Origin: an uncultured Candidatus Saccharibacteria bacterium
GTDB lineage: Bacteria; Patescibacteriota; Minisyncoccia; Phycocordibacterales; PALSA-1337
Direction of reading: 5' to 3'
NCBI GenBank assembly: GCA_964565685.1
Contig: CAZMFR010000003.1
Location: 20,709 to 84,708 of the forward strand
Length of the DNA: 64,000 nucleotides
Part shown: positions 21,627 to 31,807 of the stretch, piece after piece
Position numbering within the stretch: the stretch's first letter is position 1
Layout of the letters: each line of letters starts with the position of its first letter
The notes under the pieces: generated by a model
Databases searched by the model: none
Told to the model about the DNA's origin: nothing
The model's input: only the letters and a program-made list of their open reading frames with translations
Translations under genes and position numbers: made by a program

Positions 21627-23342
21627 TTACAGTTTATTCACTTCCTCAAACGGTATCACCTTCTGAAAAGCTTTTACGATAGCATCTTCTTTCATGGAAA
21701 GCATGCCTTTTTTGCGTAGAAGAGAGGAAATCGATAGTTCGGTCGGATCTTTCAAAATAGCATTCTCGATCTCTTTGTCCATTTTGAACATCTCGAAGAC
21801 AGCCATGCGACCACGAGTGCCTTTTGGACAGTCCGGTGTAGGCGCGATCTGATAGACAGTGTCGGCAAAAGGGATGTCTTTCTTGTACTCTGCCGGCAAA
21901 TCGGCGAATTGCTTGTCTATCATCATCTTTATCGAGCCATCTACTGGCATCGGCTTGCCACCGCCTGGAACCAACAGACTGACGAGACGCTGGGCCATAG
22001 CCAGGATCAGAGTCGGTGCGATGAGATATGGGTCGACGCCCATATCGATGAGACGTGGCACCACACCGGCGGCATTATTCGTGTGCAAAGTGGACATGAC
22101 GAGGTGACCGGTCAAGGCGGCCTGAATGGCCAACTGAGCAGTCTCCTTGTCGCGGATCTCACCGACCATGATTATATCCGGATCCTGACGCAGAGTCGTA
22201 CGCAAACCGGTAGCGAAATCATAGCCGATCTCCGGCCGGACCTGGCTTTGACTCACGCCTTCCATGTTATATTCAACAGGATCTTCCAGAGAGAGAACGT
22301 TGAGACCCTCCTTGTCTACTTCATTCAACATAGAATACAGCGTCGTGGACTTTCCAGAACCAGTAGGTCCAGTGATCAAGATCAATCCATAAGGACGATC
22401 TATGGCTTCCTTTAAAATATCGAGGTTTTTTGAAGACAAGCCCAGCTGGTCCATTTTCTTTACCCCTTTTTCCTGGTCAAGGATGCGCATTTCGACTTTC
22501 TCGCCATAAAAAGCCGGGAAAGTCGAAACACGGAAATCGATTTTCCTGCCGTCGATGCGCGCTGAAAAACGACCATCCTGCGGCTTTCTCTTTTCATCCA
22601 GACGCATATTCGAAACGATTTTGATTCGTGCGACCACAGCCGAATGGACTTGCGCCGGCAAGATGAGCGAGGTATTTAGAACGCCATCGACACGGAAACG
22701 GACACGCACCTTGTCATGTAGATGCTCTATGTGCACGTCCGAAGCATTACCCTCTGTAGCGTAGCGGACGATCGTGGCCACGATCTTCACTACAGGTGCG
22801 TCCTCTATTATAAAAGCGGCTGTTTTGGCCTCTACTTTTGCTTTTGACGTATCTATGGTTTGATCGACATCTACTGATAGCTCTGTCTCGAGCTCGGAGA
22901 GCGCCTTGGACACTTCCCCGCCGAGACCTTTGTATGACTCGAGTACTTTTTGGAAATCTTCCGGAGAGATCAGGAAAATCTTGTATGGGATGTTCTTTTT
23001 TGCGGCAATGAAGTTGAGGGCATCGCGGGCTTCGATATTGTCCGGATCTACTATGCCGACTTCCAACATGCCATCCTTGAAGCCGATCGGTACGAATTGA
23101 TAATGGGTAGCGCTTTCCTCCGGAATATAATCCAGGACATCAAAAGGAATGCTGTTTTCCGCCACGACGCGCGTCGGTATATTCAAAAATTCTCCGCGCG
23201 CAGCTAGGATGTCTTCTGGTTTTACACCAACAGAGATGAGGGCTTCGTCGAGCGAATCACCGTCAGCTTGTTTTGCTTTTACGGCTGAAACTCCGGCCTT
23301 GCTGATAAGATTCTTTTTTTGGAGGATGTCTAGAACGCTCAT
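21627..23342 (-). CDS. pilB: Type IV pilus assembly ATPase PilB/GspE with an N-terminal T2SSE_N domain
   Basis: Walker A GPTGSGKSTT, a tetracysteine-less GspE core, 571 aa. Confidence 0.9.
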   Translation of the reverse strand: MSVLDILQKKNLISKAGVSAVKAKQADGDSLDEALISVGVKPEDILAARGEFLNIPTRVVAENSIPFDVLDYIPEESATHYQFVPIGFKDGMLEVGIVDPDNIEARDALNFIAAKKNIPYKIFLISPEDFQKVLESYKGLGGEVSKALSELETELSVDVDQTIDTSKAKVEAKTAAFIIEDAPVVKIVATIVRYATEGNASDVHIEHLHDKVRVRFRVDGVLNTSLILPAQVHSAVVARIKIVSNMRLDEKRKPQDGRFSARIDGRKIDFRVSTFPAFYGEKVEMRILDQEKGVKKMDQLGLSSKNLDILKEAIDRPYGLILITGPTGSGKSTTLYSMLNEVDKEGLNVLSLEDPVEYNMEGVSQSQVRPEIGYDFATGLRTTLRQDPDIIMVGEIRDKETAQLAIQAALTGHLVMSTLHTNNAAGVVPRLIDMGVDPYLIAPTLILAMAQRLVSLLVPGGGKPMPVDGSIKMMIDKQFADLPAEYKKDIPFADTVYQIAPTPDCPKGTRGRMAVFEMFKMDKEIENAILKDPTELSISSLLRKKGMLSMKEDAIVKAFQKVIPFEEVNKL

Positions 23343-23345
23343 ATT

Positions 23346-23681
23346 TTATTGCCCTACCGGCGCAAATGGATTCGCTCTGCCTACTGGCTGTGGCGGCACT
23401 GCAATCGAATAATCGACCAATGATTGGTACGCAGGCGTCTGAAAGAAGCTAGTATCTATGTTTATGGACGAAACGCTGTTCAATATATTCAGGACGCTAG
23501 CGCCGACCGCCGCTGTAGCGCTATCAGGCGAAGAAGAGATCAATTGGGAAGTCGAAGAGCCGGAGCTTCCCTTTGAATAGAAATACCATCCGCCGGCAAG
23601 AATGATGACGATGACGATCCCGATTATTATAGTATTTTTATTTGAGGATGGATTCTTCATATTGTTTATTGTTTCAACCAA
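23346..23681 (-). CDS. Small membrane-anchored pilus-operon protein (PilP-like?)
   Basis: N-terminal TM segment followed by a Ser-rich region, and its position between pilO and pilB. Confidence 0.35.
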   Translation of the reverse strand: MVETINNMKNPSSNKNTIIIGIVIVIILAGGWYFYSKGSSGSSTSQLISSSPDSATAAVGASVLNILNSVSSINIDTSFFQTPAYQSLVDYSIAVPPQPVGRANPFAPVGQ

Positions 23682-24241
23682 TAAGTGTCCAGAGTCACTC
23701 CGTAAGTGTATGTCCCGTTGGTCGAAGGAGACAGAGTTATGCTCGTTACATCCAGAATTCGCAAGCTTCGTTCTATATCCTGCAAGAAGGCGATAAAATT
23801 ATTGTATGTCGTGGTGACACTGAATGAGACTGTGACAGTAGAAAGACCGCTATTATAGGATGCCGCTGGATTTGCTGGCACGCTCGCAGACTGAGTCGAA
23901 CCGGAATTAGACGCATTTGTGTCAGCTGATGTGGTTATGCCAGAGGCAGTGATCCCGTGTCTTGAAGCGATACCTGATATGTCTATCATCAGGCGTATAT
24001 TGTCTATATTGTTGGGAACGATTTTGTCCAAACGGGATTTATCCGCATCTGAGATGGCATTATATTGTTTCAAAACTGAATCTCGCAGATCTATCAATTT
24101 TTTAGCATTGGTTATAGCCGACAAGTATTGATTGTTTTCAGCTTGGATAGAGTTGATGACAGCTATCTGTCCAGACGTATAGGTAAAGTAAACTCCTATG
24201 GCGAGAACGATGAGTATTAGAGCTGTGATGTTTCTATTCAT
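23666..24241 (-). CDS. pilO: PilO-like pilus assembly protein (TM plus coiled coil)
   Basis: N-terminal TM helix and coiled-coil architecture, in operon position after pilN. Confidence 0.55.
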   Translation of the reverse strand: MNRNITALILIVLAIGVYFTYTSGQIAVINSIQAENNQYLSAITNAKKLIDLRDSVLKQYNAISDADKSRLDKIVPNNIDNIRLMIDISGIASRHGITASGITTSADTNASNSGSTQSASVPANPAASYNSGLSTVTVSFSVTTTYNNFIAFLQDIERSLRILDVTSITLSPSTNGTYTYGVTLDTYWLKQ

Positions 24242-24246
24242 TTTAT

Positions 24247-24945
24247 TTATTGTATTGTGGAGGAAGCCGCAGGCGCCGACGATGATGTCGATGACGTATT
24301 CTGTCCGGATAGCTCGCTGACATATGACAGCTCGGATGGATCTACGGAGGCAGTGAAAGAAAAACCTACCTTGCCGTCCGAACCGACCGACAGGTTCGAG
24401 AGCACTGGGTTTTTTATCACGTTGTTAGAACCAAATTCAGAAGATTGGCCAAAGACATCAGATTGATAAGCAACAGAATAATAGCTATCGGCTTCGCCTT
24501 GCATAGAAACGGTGATATCATTATTCGTACCGCTATTTGCTCTGCCAGCCGAAGAGCCGGAAACAGCCGGAGCAGAAAAAGTAAAGCTCTTCCATTGAAC
24601 GCTAGTTATGGTCAACTGACCGATTATATTGAAAATCTCCGAAGCCGCCAGGTGGTTCTGGATGAGATCCTTGGCTAAATTGATCTTTTCATTTGCCGCT
24701 GTGAGGGTGCTGATGAGCGAGGTATTGAATTGATTCTGGTCTGCGGCCAAATCGTCCTTGTATTTATTTTGTTGCGAATCAAGGACTTTTTCCCAAGCGA
24801 AAGCAAAACCTGCCCCGCCCAGAGAAAGTATGAATAAGGCAACGGAGACAGTCAGCAGGATACTGACTGAATGCCTAGCCGGATTGCCGGAAGAAACAGT
24901 CATTGGTTTCTTTGGTATGAATGATGTTTGAAACTTTGGCTCCAT
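24247..24945 (-). CDS. pilN: PilN-like pilus assembly protein
   Basis: N-terminal TM helix, coiled coil, and its position after pilM. Confidence 0.55.
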   Translation of the reverse strand: MEPKFQTSFIPKKPMTVSSGNPARHSVSILLTVSVALFILSLGGAGFAFAWEKVLDSQQNKYKDDLAADQNQFNTSLISTLTAANEKINLAKDLIQNHLAASEIFNIIGQLTITSVQWKSFTFSAPAVSGSSAGRANSGTNNDITVSMQGEADSYYSVAYQSDVFGQSSEFGSNNVIKNPVLSNLSVGSDGKVGFSFTASVDPSELSYVSELSGQNTSSTSSSAPAASSTIQ

Positions 24946-25038
24946 TTTGTTTAAGAAAAACAGCTCGCGTCTCCCCTATTGTACTATATTGTCAAGGAAT
25001 ATAAGCAAGGACGTTGTGTATAAAGTACTTATTTCCCC

Positions 25039-26157
25039 TTAGTCCAACTCGCTGAGTCTGCGCAATGCCGCACCTATCGCCACGGCGAATTCTGGGCCAG
25101 CTGTGGAAAGCTGGTCCGAGAGGAACGCTGGCGTTTCCATTTTGCCGAAAGGATTGGCATAGATAACTTCTGATTGAAAGCTGCTCTTGGCCAGCTCTGC
25201 GAACCCTTTTAACAAGACTCCTCCTCCTGTCAGGATCACTTTTGAGATGTTCTTATGATATTTTTTCTCGTAATTCAATAGGACTGCATTCGCTTCATAG
25301 AACATATAATCCAGATTGACTGTGATTATCTCCTTTTGGTCTTTGTACTCGTCTCCACCGGAAAGGCCATATGACCTTTTCATCGTCTCTGCTTGGACCA
25401 CGGGGATGCTCATAGCTTTTGATAGAGCCAAGGTCAGGTCTTGAGAGCCCTTGTTTATGATATGCGAAGCGCGCAATAATCCGCGTTCGACTATATATAG
25501 TTTCGTCGACTGAGCTCCCATATCCAGGATCATAACGGCTTGGAGACCTTGGTCGAGCGAAGCACGGATGGAGCTAAACAATTCTATCTCATAAAAAGAA
25601 GGCGCCAATGCCGAACCAGCCATGATGTTCTGATAATTGGAGATGTATTCATTGCTGATAGCCACAACCAAAACGTCTTGGCCCTCTTTTGCTTTTTCAG
25701 CTGACGCGTTGTTGGAGTCTTCGCTGGCATAAGAATCCTCGCGCGGAATGACCGACCAATCGAGCATGACTTCGTTTATCGGCACAGGGATATATTTTCT
25801 GGCTTCGAGAGAGATCACTTCGGAAATGTGCTTGTCGCCGATAGGAGGCAAAGATATAAAAGAGATCAAGGACGATGATAGCGGCAATGCGACTCCGCAA
25901 GCATTGGTCGTCGTCTTTGCCTCATGGAGAATGTCTTTCAGCGCCTCGATTATCTTGTCATTCGATAGACTGGTGGCCCGACCGATCTCAATGCCGGCAT
26001 AAGGACCCAGAGCAAGCTCGCCATAAGTCTCCAGAACTGTCCGACCGTGCTTTTTCTTTATTTGAACCACTTTTATGGCCGATGATCCGAGGTCGATGCC
26101 TAGCACGCTCGGGCTTTTGCTCCCAAACATGGAGCTGATTTTATCCATAAAACTCAT
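25039..26157 (-). CDS. pilM: Type IV pilus assembly protein PilM (actin-like ATPase fold)
   Basis: VLGIDLGSSAIKVV…, an FtsA/PilM-like fold, 372 aa. Confidence 0.8.
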   Translation of the reverse strand: MSFMDKISSMFGSKSPSVLGIDLGSSAIKVVQIKKKHGRTVLETYGELALGPYAGIEIGRATSLSNDKIIEALKDILHEAKTTTNACGVALPLSSSLISFISLPPIGDKHISEVISLEARKYIPVPINEVMLDWSVIPREDSYASEDSNNASAEKAKEGQDVLVVAISNEYISNYQNIMAGSALAPSFYEIELFSSIRASLDQGLQAVMILDMGAQSTKLYIVERGLLRASHIINKGSQDLTLALSKAMSIPVVQAETMKRSYGLSGGDEYKDQKEIITVNLDYMFYEANAVLLNYEKKYHKNISKVILTGGGVLLKGFAELAKSSFQSEVIYANPFGKMETPAFLSDQLSTAGPEFAVAIGAALRRLSELD

Positions 26158-26581
26158 GGGAAAAGTATAGCACGGATAAAAGATAAAAGAAGAAAGGTCT
26201 TTGGGTCGGATTCAAACCTAATCTTAACCTCGCGAGGTCTCCTATGGCTTTAGCTTTTCTTTATAACTATTTTAACTTTTCTTAATAAATTTTTTCTATA
26301 GTGTGCGTGTGATCGTTCGCGAGAGCAATTACGCTTTCATTGACGGCCAAAAAAAGGGGCATCTTATGGAGAAAATGAGGACATTAAAGGAAATTGCGAT
26401 TCTGATATGGTTTTAAGAATTTGTATAGATTTCTGGAATTTTGATAAAGCGGTGATAATTTCCGGCGATGGAGACTTTTATTCAGTGGGAAATATTTTAT
26501 ATTCCACGAATCAGAGCCCGTGTTTTCTTGTCAAAACAAAGGCGTTGAAGAAAATAGAATCATGATCCCTATCGAAAACCC

Positions 26582-27373
26582 ATGAAAAAACTATTCCTGA
26601 CAATATTAGATTTTCTTTTTCCTCGCCGCCTGAATGATGCGGCTATTTTTGATATCTCACCAGAGGATTTTTATGAAAAGATCCCGAAATGGCAAGGGGA
26701 AATCTATCCGAGCATGCGAGCGATCTTTCATTACAAGGATCCCATCGCCAAGGTCATGATAAAGGAATTGAAAAGCTCGAAAAACGAGCATGCCGCCGAG
26801 ATCGCCGGCTTTGCCCTCTTGAACCATCTTGAAGAGAACAATCTGAGCGATGCGATCATCGTTCCCATGCCTATTTCCAAAGAAAGAAGAAGGAAACGCG
26901 GATACAATCAATGCGAGTTGATCGCAGAATTTCTCGTGAGAGAATCTCTCGACCGAAAAAAAGCTATCGTAGATAAGACTAAACAGGATTCAAGATTTAT
27001 GATTAAAGATTCAAGAAAAATCAATGATCCGGTTTCTAATTGTAATTGCAATTTTTCTCTTGATCATCATGTCTTAAATCTTGGGTCTTATCAAGACGAT
27101 CATGAAATAAAAAATTCTGAAATGTGCTTTGAAATTCGCACTGACATCCTAGAAAAACCGATCGATACGGCAAAATTGGCCTTTGAAAATCGCGCAGAAA
27201 GGTTAAAAGCAAATAAAGGGGTTTTTAGGTCTAAATGCACCCTTTCACATATCGAGAGGCGTATAATCGTCATCGATGACGTCATCACCACCGGCAGTAC
27301 GATGAGTTCGGCTATGGAGACTCTGCGAGCGGCTGGAGCAAAAAAAGTTTTTGGGATCGGGATCGCACATTAG
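26582..27373 (+). CDS. comF: ComF-family competence protein (phosphoribosyltransferase domain)
   Basis: C-terminal PRTase motif IVIDDVITTGSTM, and a divergent position relative to the pilM operon. Confidence 0.75.
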   Translation: MKKLFLTILDFLFPRRLNDAAIFDISPEDFYEKIPKWQGEIYPSMRAIFHYKDPIAKVMIKELKSSKNEHAAEIAGFALLNHLEENNLSDAIIVPMPISKERRRKRGYNQCELIAEFLVRESLDRKKAIVDKTKQDSRFMIKDSRKINDPVSNCNCNFSLDHHVLNLGSYQDDHEIKNSEMCFEIRTDILEKPIDTAKLAFENRAERLKANKGVFRSKCTLSHIERRIIVIDDVITTGSTMSSAMETLRAAGAKKVFGIGIAH

Positions 27374-27497
27374 TTTAGCATTGGATCAGTTCTCGAGCAC
27401 TTCAAAAAAACAAGATCTCCAGTTTTCGGCTTCCTCTCCCCTGTGGATAAGTTTAAATCCCAAAAAATGCCGCGTGTTATAATAAAAACCAATAAAA

Positions 27498-27851
27498 ATG
27501 ACTAAAACTCCAACGTCGTATCGCGAAGATCGGCCGTGGGGTTCATTTGAACGTTTTACACTGAACGAACCCTCAACAGTCAAGATAATCACCGTAAAGC
27601 CCGGCGAAGCATTTAGCCTGCAAAAGCATAAAGATCGAGACGAATGGTGGAAAATTTTGGGCGGCGATGGCAAGGCGATCATAGGCGAAGCAGAAAAAGA
27701 GATAAAAGCCGGCGACGAATATTTTTTGCCGCGAGGAACGAATCACCGTATCACTGCCGGGAGATCTGCGGTGGTCTTTTTGGAGATCTCATTCGGCGAT
27801 TTTGACGAGGACGACATAGTCAGAGTGTCTGATCGTTATGGACGAATATGA
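27498..27851 (+). CDS. Cupin-2 domain protein, mannose-6-phosphate-isomerase-like
   Basis: WGSFE…VKIITVKPGEAFSLQKHKDRDEWW…G cupin motifs. Confidence 0.65.
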   Translation: MTKTPTSYREDRPWGSFERFTLNEPSTVKIITVKPGEAFSLQKHKDRDEWWKILGGDGKAIIGEAEKEIKAGDEYFLPRGTNHRITAGRSAVVFLEISFGDFDEDDIVRVSDRYGRI

Positions 27852-28993
27852 CAAATATATATAATGGAGCATTGGTGCATTTTATCTCTATAGCTATCAT
27901 AGCTGTGCTCGTTTTGGCTCTTATTTGGGAGATCTTTCGGTTATTCTTCAAATTAAAGAAGAAACTGGGGATGCAAAAACATCTCATTCTCCTTCGTCAT
28001 CCGGATAATCCGATCATTTCTCCAGATCGACGAAAGATTTGGGAGTTGGAAGGCACTTTCAATCCTGGAGCGATCATAGATGATGAAGGATGCGTGCATC
28101 TGTTCTATCGTGCGATCGGCTCGGATGGATTGTCTAGGATCGGCCATGCTGTCAGCAAAGACGGCATACATTTTGACGAGCGCTCCCCTTATCCTGTCTT
28201 TCAGCCAATGGTTGGTTACGGCTTGCCCGATCCAAAAACGTTCCACGGACCGATGACCTACGATCCGACATTCTATACTTCCGGCGGCGGCTGGGGAGGA
28301 GCAGAGGATCCGAGGACAGTACGGATAGACGGCAGAATCTACTTGACTTATGTCGCTTTCGAGGGATGGGAGCATTTGCATATGGCCGTCACATCGATCA
28401 GTGCGGACGATCTGAAGAAACAACGATGGAATTGGAAAAGACCTGTTTTGATATCGAGAGAGCGCAGCAAGAACTGGGTGCTCTTTCCGGAAAAATTCAA
28501 TGGCAAATTCGCCATCATACACGGATTGGTAGACAAGGCAATGATCGAGTATGTGGATCGCTTAGACGCCGTGCCACATATAAAAAGCTTGCCGAATCGA
28601 GATGGGATGCCTGGGTATGAGGTAAAGAGCAGAAAAAAGCACTGGGATAGTTGGGTGCGCGGCGCAGGAACGCCGCCGATAAGGACTGAGAACGGTTGGC
28701 TTCTCTTTTATAACGTCGTGAGTCCGCGCGATCCGGGAAAATACAAGGTCGGCGTCATGCTTTTAGATTTGAAGGATCCGTCTGTGATCACCCACCGCTC
28801 GCCGCAAGCTATCCTCGAACCGCATATGTCATATGAAAACGATGGCAAACCAGGAGTGGTATATGCTTCCGGGGCGGTTATAAAAGACGGCAGGGTCTTT
28901 CTCTATTATGGCGCTGGGGACAGACATATCGGTCTAGCGACGATTCCACTGTCACAATTACTAGAGTGGCTTGTTAAATATGGAAAAATATAG
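27848..28993 (+). CDS. GH130-family glycoside hydrolase/phosphorylase (β-1,4-mannoside phosphorylase-like) with an N-terminal TM anchor
   Basis: FNPGA…, AEDPR, and YGAGD motifs typical of GH130 (DUF377). Confidence 0.75.
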   Translation: MTNIYNGALVHFISIAIIAVLVLALIWEIFRLFFKLKKKLGMQKHLILLRHPDNPIISPDRRKIWELEGTFNPGAIIDDEGCVHLFYRAIGSDGLSRIGHAVSKDGIHFDERSPYPVFQPMVGYGLPDPKTFHGPMTYDPTFYTSGGGWGGAEDPRTVRIDGRIYLTYVAFEGWEHLHMAVTSISADDLKKQRWNWKRPVLISRERSKNWVLFPEKFNGKFAIIHGLVDKAMIEYVDRLDAVPHIKSLPNRDGMPGYEVKSRKKHWDSWVRGAGTPPIRTENGWLLFYNVVSPRDPGKYKVGVMLLDLKDPSVITHRSPQAILEPHMSYENDGKPGVVYASGAVIKDGRVFLYYGAGDRHIGLATIPLSQLLEWLVKYGKI

Positions 28994-29074
28994 AAAGTGA
29001 ATGAAATCTGAAAAGAAGTAAAAAAGAAAAGATAGACACACCAAGAATTTCATCACTTTTCCTTCTTTCCATCT

Positions 29075-31021
29075 TTGCTTTTTCCCTTGTATAATACAAA
29101 CATGTTCACAGTAACTCGAGAAAAATTGAACCCGCTTCTGTCACCTGATATAAGCCATCCGTGGGAAGCGGCGGCCACTTTCAATTGGTGCCCAATAAAG
29201 GAAGGCACGATGACGCATGTGCTATACCGCGCCTTATCGATGCCGGATCTGTTAGATGGTCAACATAGGAGCGTCTCAGTGATCGGTCATGCGACATCAA
29301 AAGACGGCACGCGCTTTTCGGGTCGCAATCCTTTCATAGTGCCGGAATATGACTTTGAAAAATATGGCTGCGAGGACCCGCGAGTGACAAAGCTAGGCAC
29401 AAAATATTTTATATTCTATACAGCCCTTTCTAATTACCCTTTCAATGCCGATGGAATCCGCGTAGCGATGGCTGTGACGAAAGACTTCAAAAGGATAGAA
29501 AAAAAGGTCTTGGTTACACCCTTCAACGCAAAAGCCATGGCGCTGTTTCCGGCCAAAATCGGCAAAAAAATCGCAGCTCTGGTCACCGTGAACACTGACT
29601 GTCCGCCGTCGGAAATATGTTATGTGGAATTTGACAACGAAGAACAGATCTCTTCGCCTGAATTCTGGAACAATTGGAAGACGCGGATGAGAGATTTTGC
29701 TTTGCCGTTACGACGCCGCGACGGCGATCAGGTCGAGCTCGGTTCTGCGCCCTTGAAAACGGCGAGGGGCTGGTTGGTCTTTTATTCTCACATACAAAAA
29801 TACGGCAGCGGCAATATGACATTCGGCGTAGAGGCCTTGCTACTGGACTTGAAAAATCCTAGACGCATAATCGGCAGGACAAACGGCTCGATCATGGCCC
29901 CCGAAGCGTTCTATGAAAAAGTCGGCATCGCGCCAAATATCGTTTTTCCGTCCGGTGCGATGGTAAAAGGCGCCGGCGCAAAGAGCGTAGTCGAGCTATA
30001 CTATGGCGCCAGCGACACACAATGCGCCATCGCTCGCATTCCCCTTTCAAATCTATTGGATGCTCTCTCGCCAAAAATCTCTGAGGAGAATCTGATCCTG
30101 CGGCGCTCGACAAAAAATCCTATCTTGACTCCACGAAAAGACATGCCCTGGGAAGCGCGCGGCACCCTGAATCCTGCGGCGCTCGACCTCGGCGGCGCAG
30201 TGCACATCCTGTATCGCGCCGTAGATTCGAATAATATATCGACCATAGGTTATGCAAAAAGCAAAGACGGGCTGTCGATCGATGAGCGTGAGGACAAGCC
30301 GATCTACATTCCTCGCGCAGATTTTGAGCGGCACGGATGCGAGGACCCGAGAGTATCAAAGATCGGCGATCGTATCTTCATGGCTTACACTGGCTTCGAC
30401 GGCAATCGTCCGAGAGTGGCGATCACTTCGATCAAAGAAGCGGACTTTTTGAATAAAAACTGGGATTGGTCGCCGCCGTCCGTATTGTCACCGGATTATG
30501 TCGACGACAAGGACGCTTGCATCCTGTCAGAGAAATTTCAGCGAGAAGACGCCCCTCATGGTAAAGAATACCTCATACTTCACCGTGTCTCGGACAATAT
30601 TTGCGGAGATTATGTGCCGACTCTCGACTTTGAAAAGCAAAAGATAGACAAATGCATAGATATCCTGTCTCCACGACATGGCATGTGGGACGGCTGGAAA
30701 GTCGGGATTTCCGCTCCTCCCATAAAGACGGCAAGGGGCTGGTTGCTAATCTATCACGGCGTTTCTACCACGCCGACGTATCGTGTCGGCGCGGCCTTGC
30801 TCGATCTGAATGATCCCACTATAGTCCTCGCACGCGCGTCATTGCCGATACTCGAGCCGATCATGCCATACGAACGTGACGGGGGGCCTGTGCACAATGT
30901 CGTCTTCCCTTGCGGCATCGTCCTGCGCAAAGGCATTTTATATATATATTACGGCGGCGCGGATTATTGCACATGCGTCGCTACGGCGAAATTGGCGGAT
31001 GTGCTAAGAATGTTCGAATGA
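29075..31021 (+). CDS. Tandem double GH130 phosphorylase (two complete GH130 domains fused)
   Basis: Two copies of the FNW/LNP…GCEDPRV…YYG pattern, 648 aa. Confidence 0.75.
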   Translation: MLFPLYNTNMFTVTREKLNPLLSPDISHPWEAAATFNWCPIKEGTMTHVLYRALSMPDLLDGQHRSVSVIGHATSKDGTRFSGRNPFIVPEYDFEKYGCEDPRVTKLGTKYFIFYTALSNYPFNADGIRVAMAVTKDFKRIEKKVLVTPFNAKAMALFPAKIGKKIAALVTVNTDCPPSEICYVEFDNEEQISSPEFWNNWKTRMRDFALPLRRRDGDQVELGSAPLKTARGWLVFYSHIQKYGSGNMTFGVEALLLDLKNPRRIIGRTNGSIMAPEAFYEKVGIAPNIVFPSGAMVKGAGAKSVVELYYGASDTQCAIARIPLSNLLDALSPKISEENLILRRSTKNPILTPRKDMPWEARGTLNPAALDLGGAVHILYRAVDSNNISTIGYAKSKDGLSIDEREDKPIYIPRADFERHGCEDPRVSKIGDRIFMAYTGFDGNRPRVAITSIKEADFLNKNWDWSPPSVLSPDYVDDKDACILSEKFQREDAPHGKEYLILHRVSDNICGDYVPTLDFEKQKIDKCIDILSPRHGMWDGWKVGISAPPIKTARGWLLIYHGVSTTPTYRVGAALLDLNDPTIVLARASLPILEPIMPYERDGGPVHNVVFPCGIVLRKGILYIYYGGADYCTCVATAKLADVLRMFE

Positions 31022-31803
31022 ATAACTTCTCACAAAAAGACCTGATCATATTCGACCTGGACGGCACTTTGGCCGAGAGCAAACAACCGGTCGACGAGAA
31101 TATGGCCATCATGCTTTTAATGCTCCTTTCAAAAAAGAAAATGGCTGTCATCTCTGGCGGCTCATTCCCGCAATTTCAAAAGCAATTTTTGCCAGCATTG
31201 GTAAAACAGACAAAATGGTCAAAAGCATCCGATCTGCCTTCCCCTTTCATAAACTTATTCCTCTTGCCTACAACCGGCTCATCTATGTACATTTTCAAGG
31301 AGAATAATTGGTTCAAGGAATACTCGCATGACTTGAGCGTCTCGGAAAAAGAACAGATCCGTTTTGCATTGAAAGTCGCGCTTGAAAAAGCAGGTGAAAA
31401 GATCCCTCCAAAAATATATGGCGAACAGATCGAGGATCGCGGCAGTCAGATATCTTTCTCGGCCCTTGGCCAAGAAGCACCTATAGTAGAAAAAGCGAAG
31501 TGGGACCCAACGGAAAAACGCCGTCTTTTTATCGTATCTTTTTTGGAACCGATCTTACCGGAATTTTCTATCGGCATCGGCGGAATGACGACGATTGATA
31601 TAACGAAAAAAGGCATAGACAAATCCTTTGGCGTGCGAAAGATCTGCGAATATCTGAAAATCCCGATTGAAAAAGCCCTCTATGTCGGCGACGCTCTGTT
31701 TGAAGGGGGAAATGATTACGCGGCTCGCGATAGCGGCGTAGAATGCTTTGAAGTAAAAGACGTGGGAGAAACAAAAAAGCTTATCGAGAAGATGATCGAA
31801 TAG
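31018..31803 (+). CDS. HAD-superfamily eukaryotic-type phosphomannomutase-like protein
   Basis: IFDLDGTLAESKQ, ISGGSFPQ, and an ATGA overlap with the upstream stop. Confidence 0.65.
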   Translation: MNNFSQKDLIIFDLDGTLAESKQPVDENMAIMLLMLLSKKKMAVISGGSFPQFQKQFLPALVKQTKWSKASDLPSPFINLFLLPTTGSSMYIFKENNWFKEYSHDLSVSEKEQIRFALKVALEKAGEKIPPKIYGEQIEDRGSQISFSALGQEAPIVEKAKWDPTEKRRLFIVSFLEPILPEFSIGIGGMTTIDITKKGIDKSFGVRKICEYLKIPIEKALYVGDALFEGGNDYAARDSGVECFEVKDVGETKKLIEKMIE

Positions 31804-31807
31804 CTTT

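Noticed and set aside
21859-23412. Multiple plus-strand ORFs of 64–168 aa within pilB
   Set aside because: They are antisense to pilB, with no motifs.
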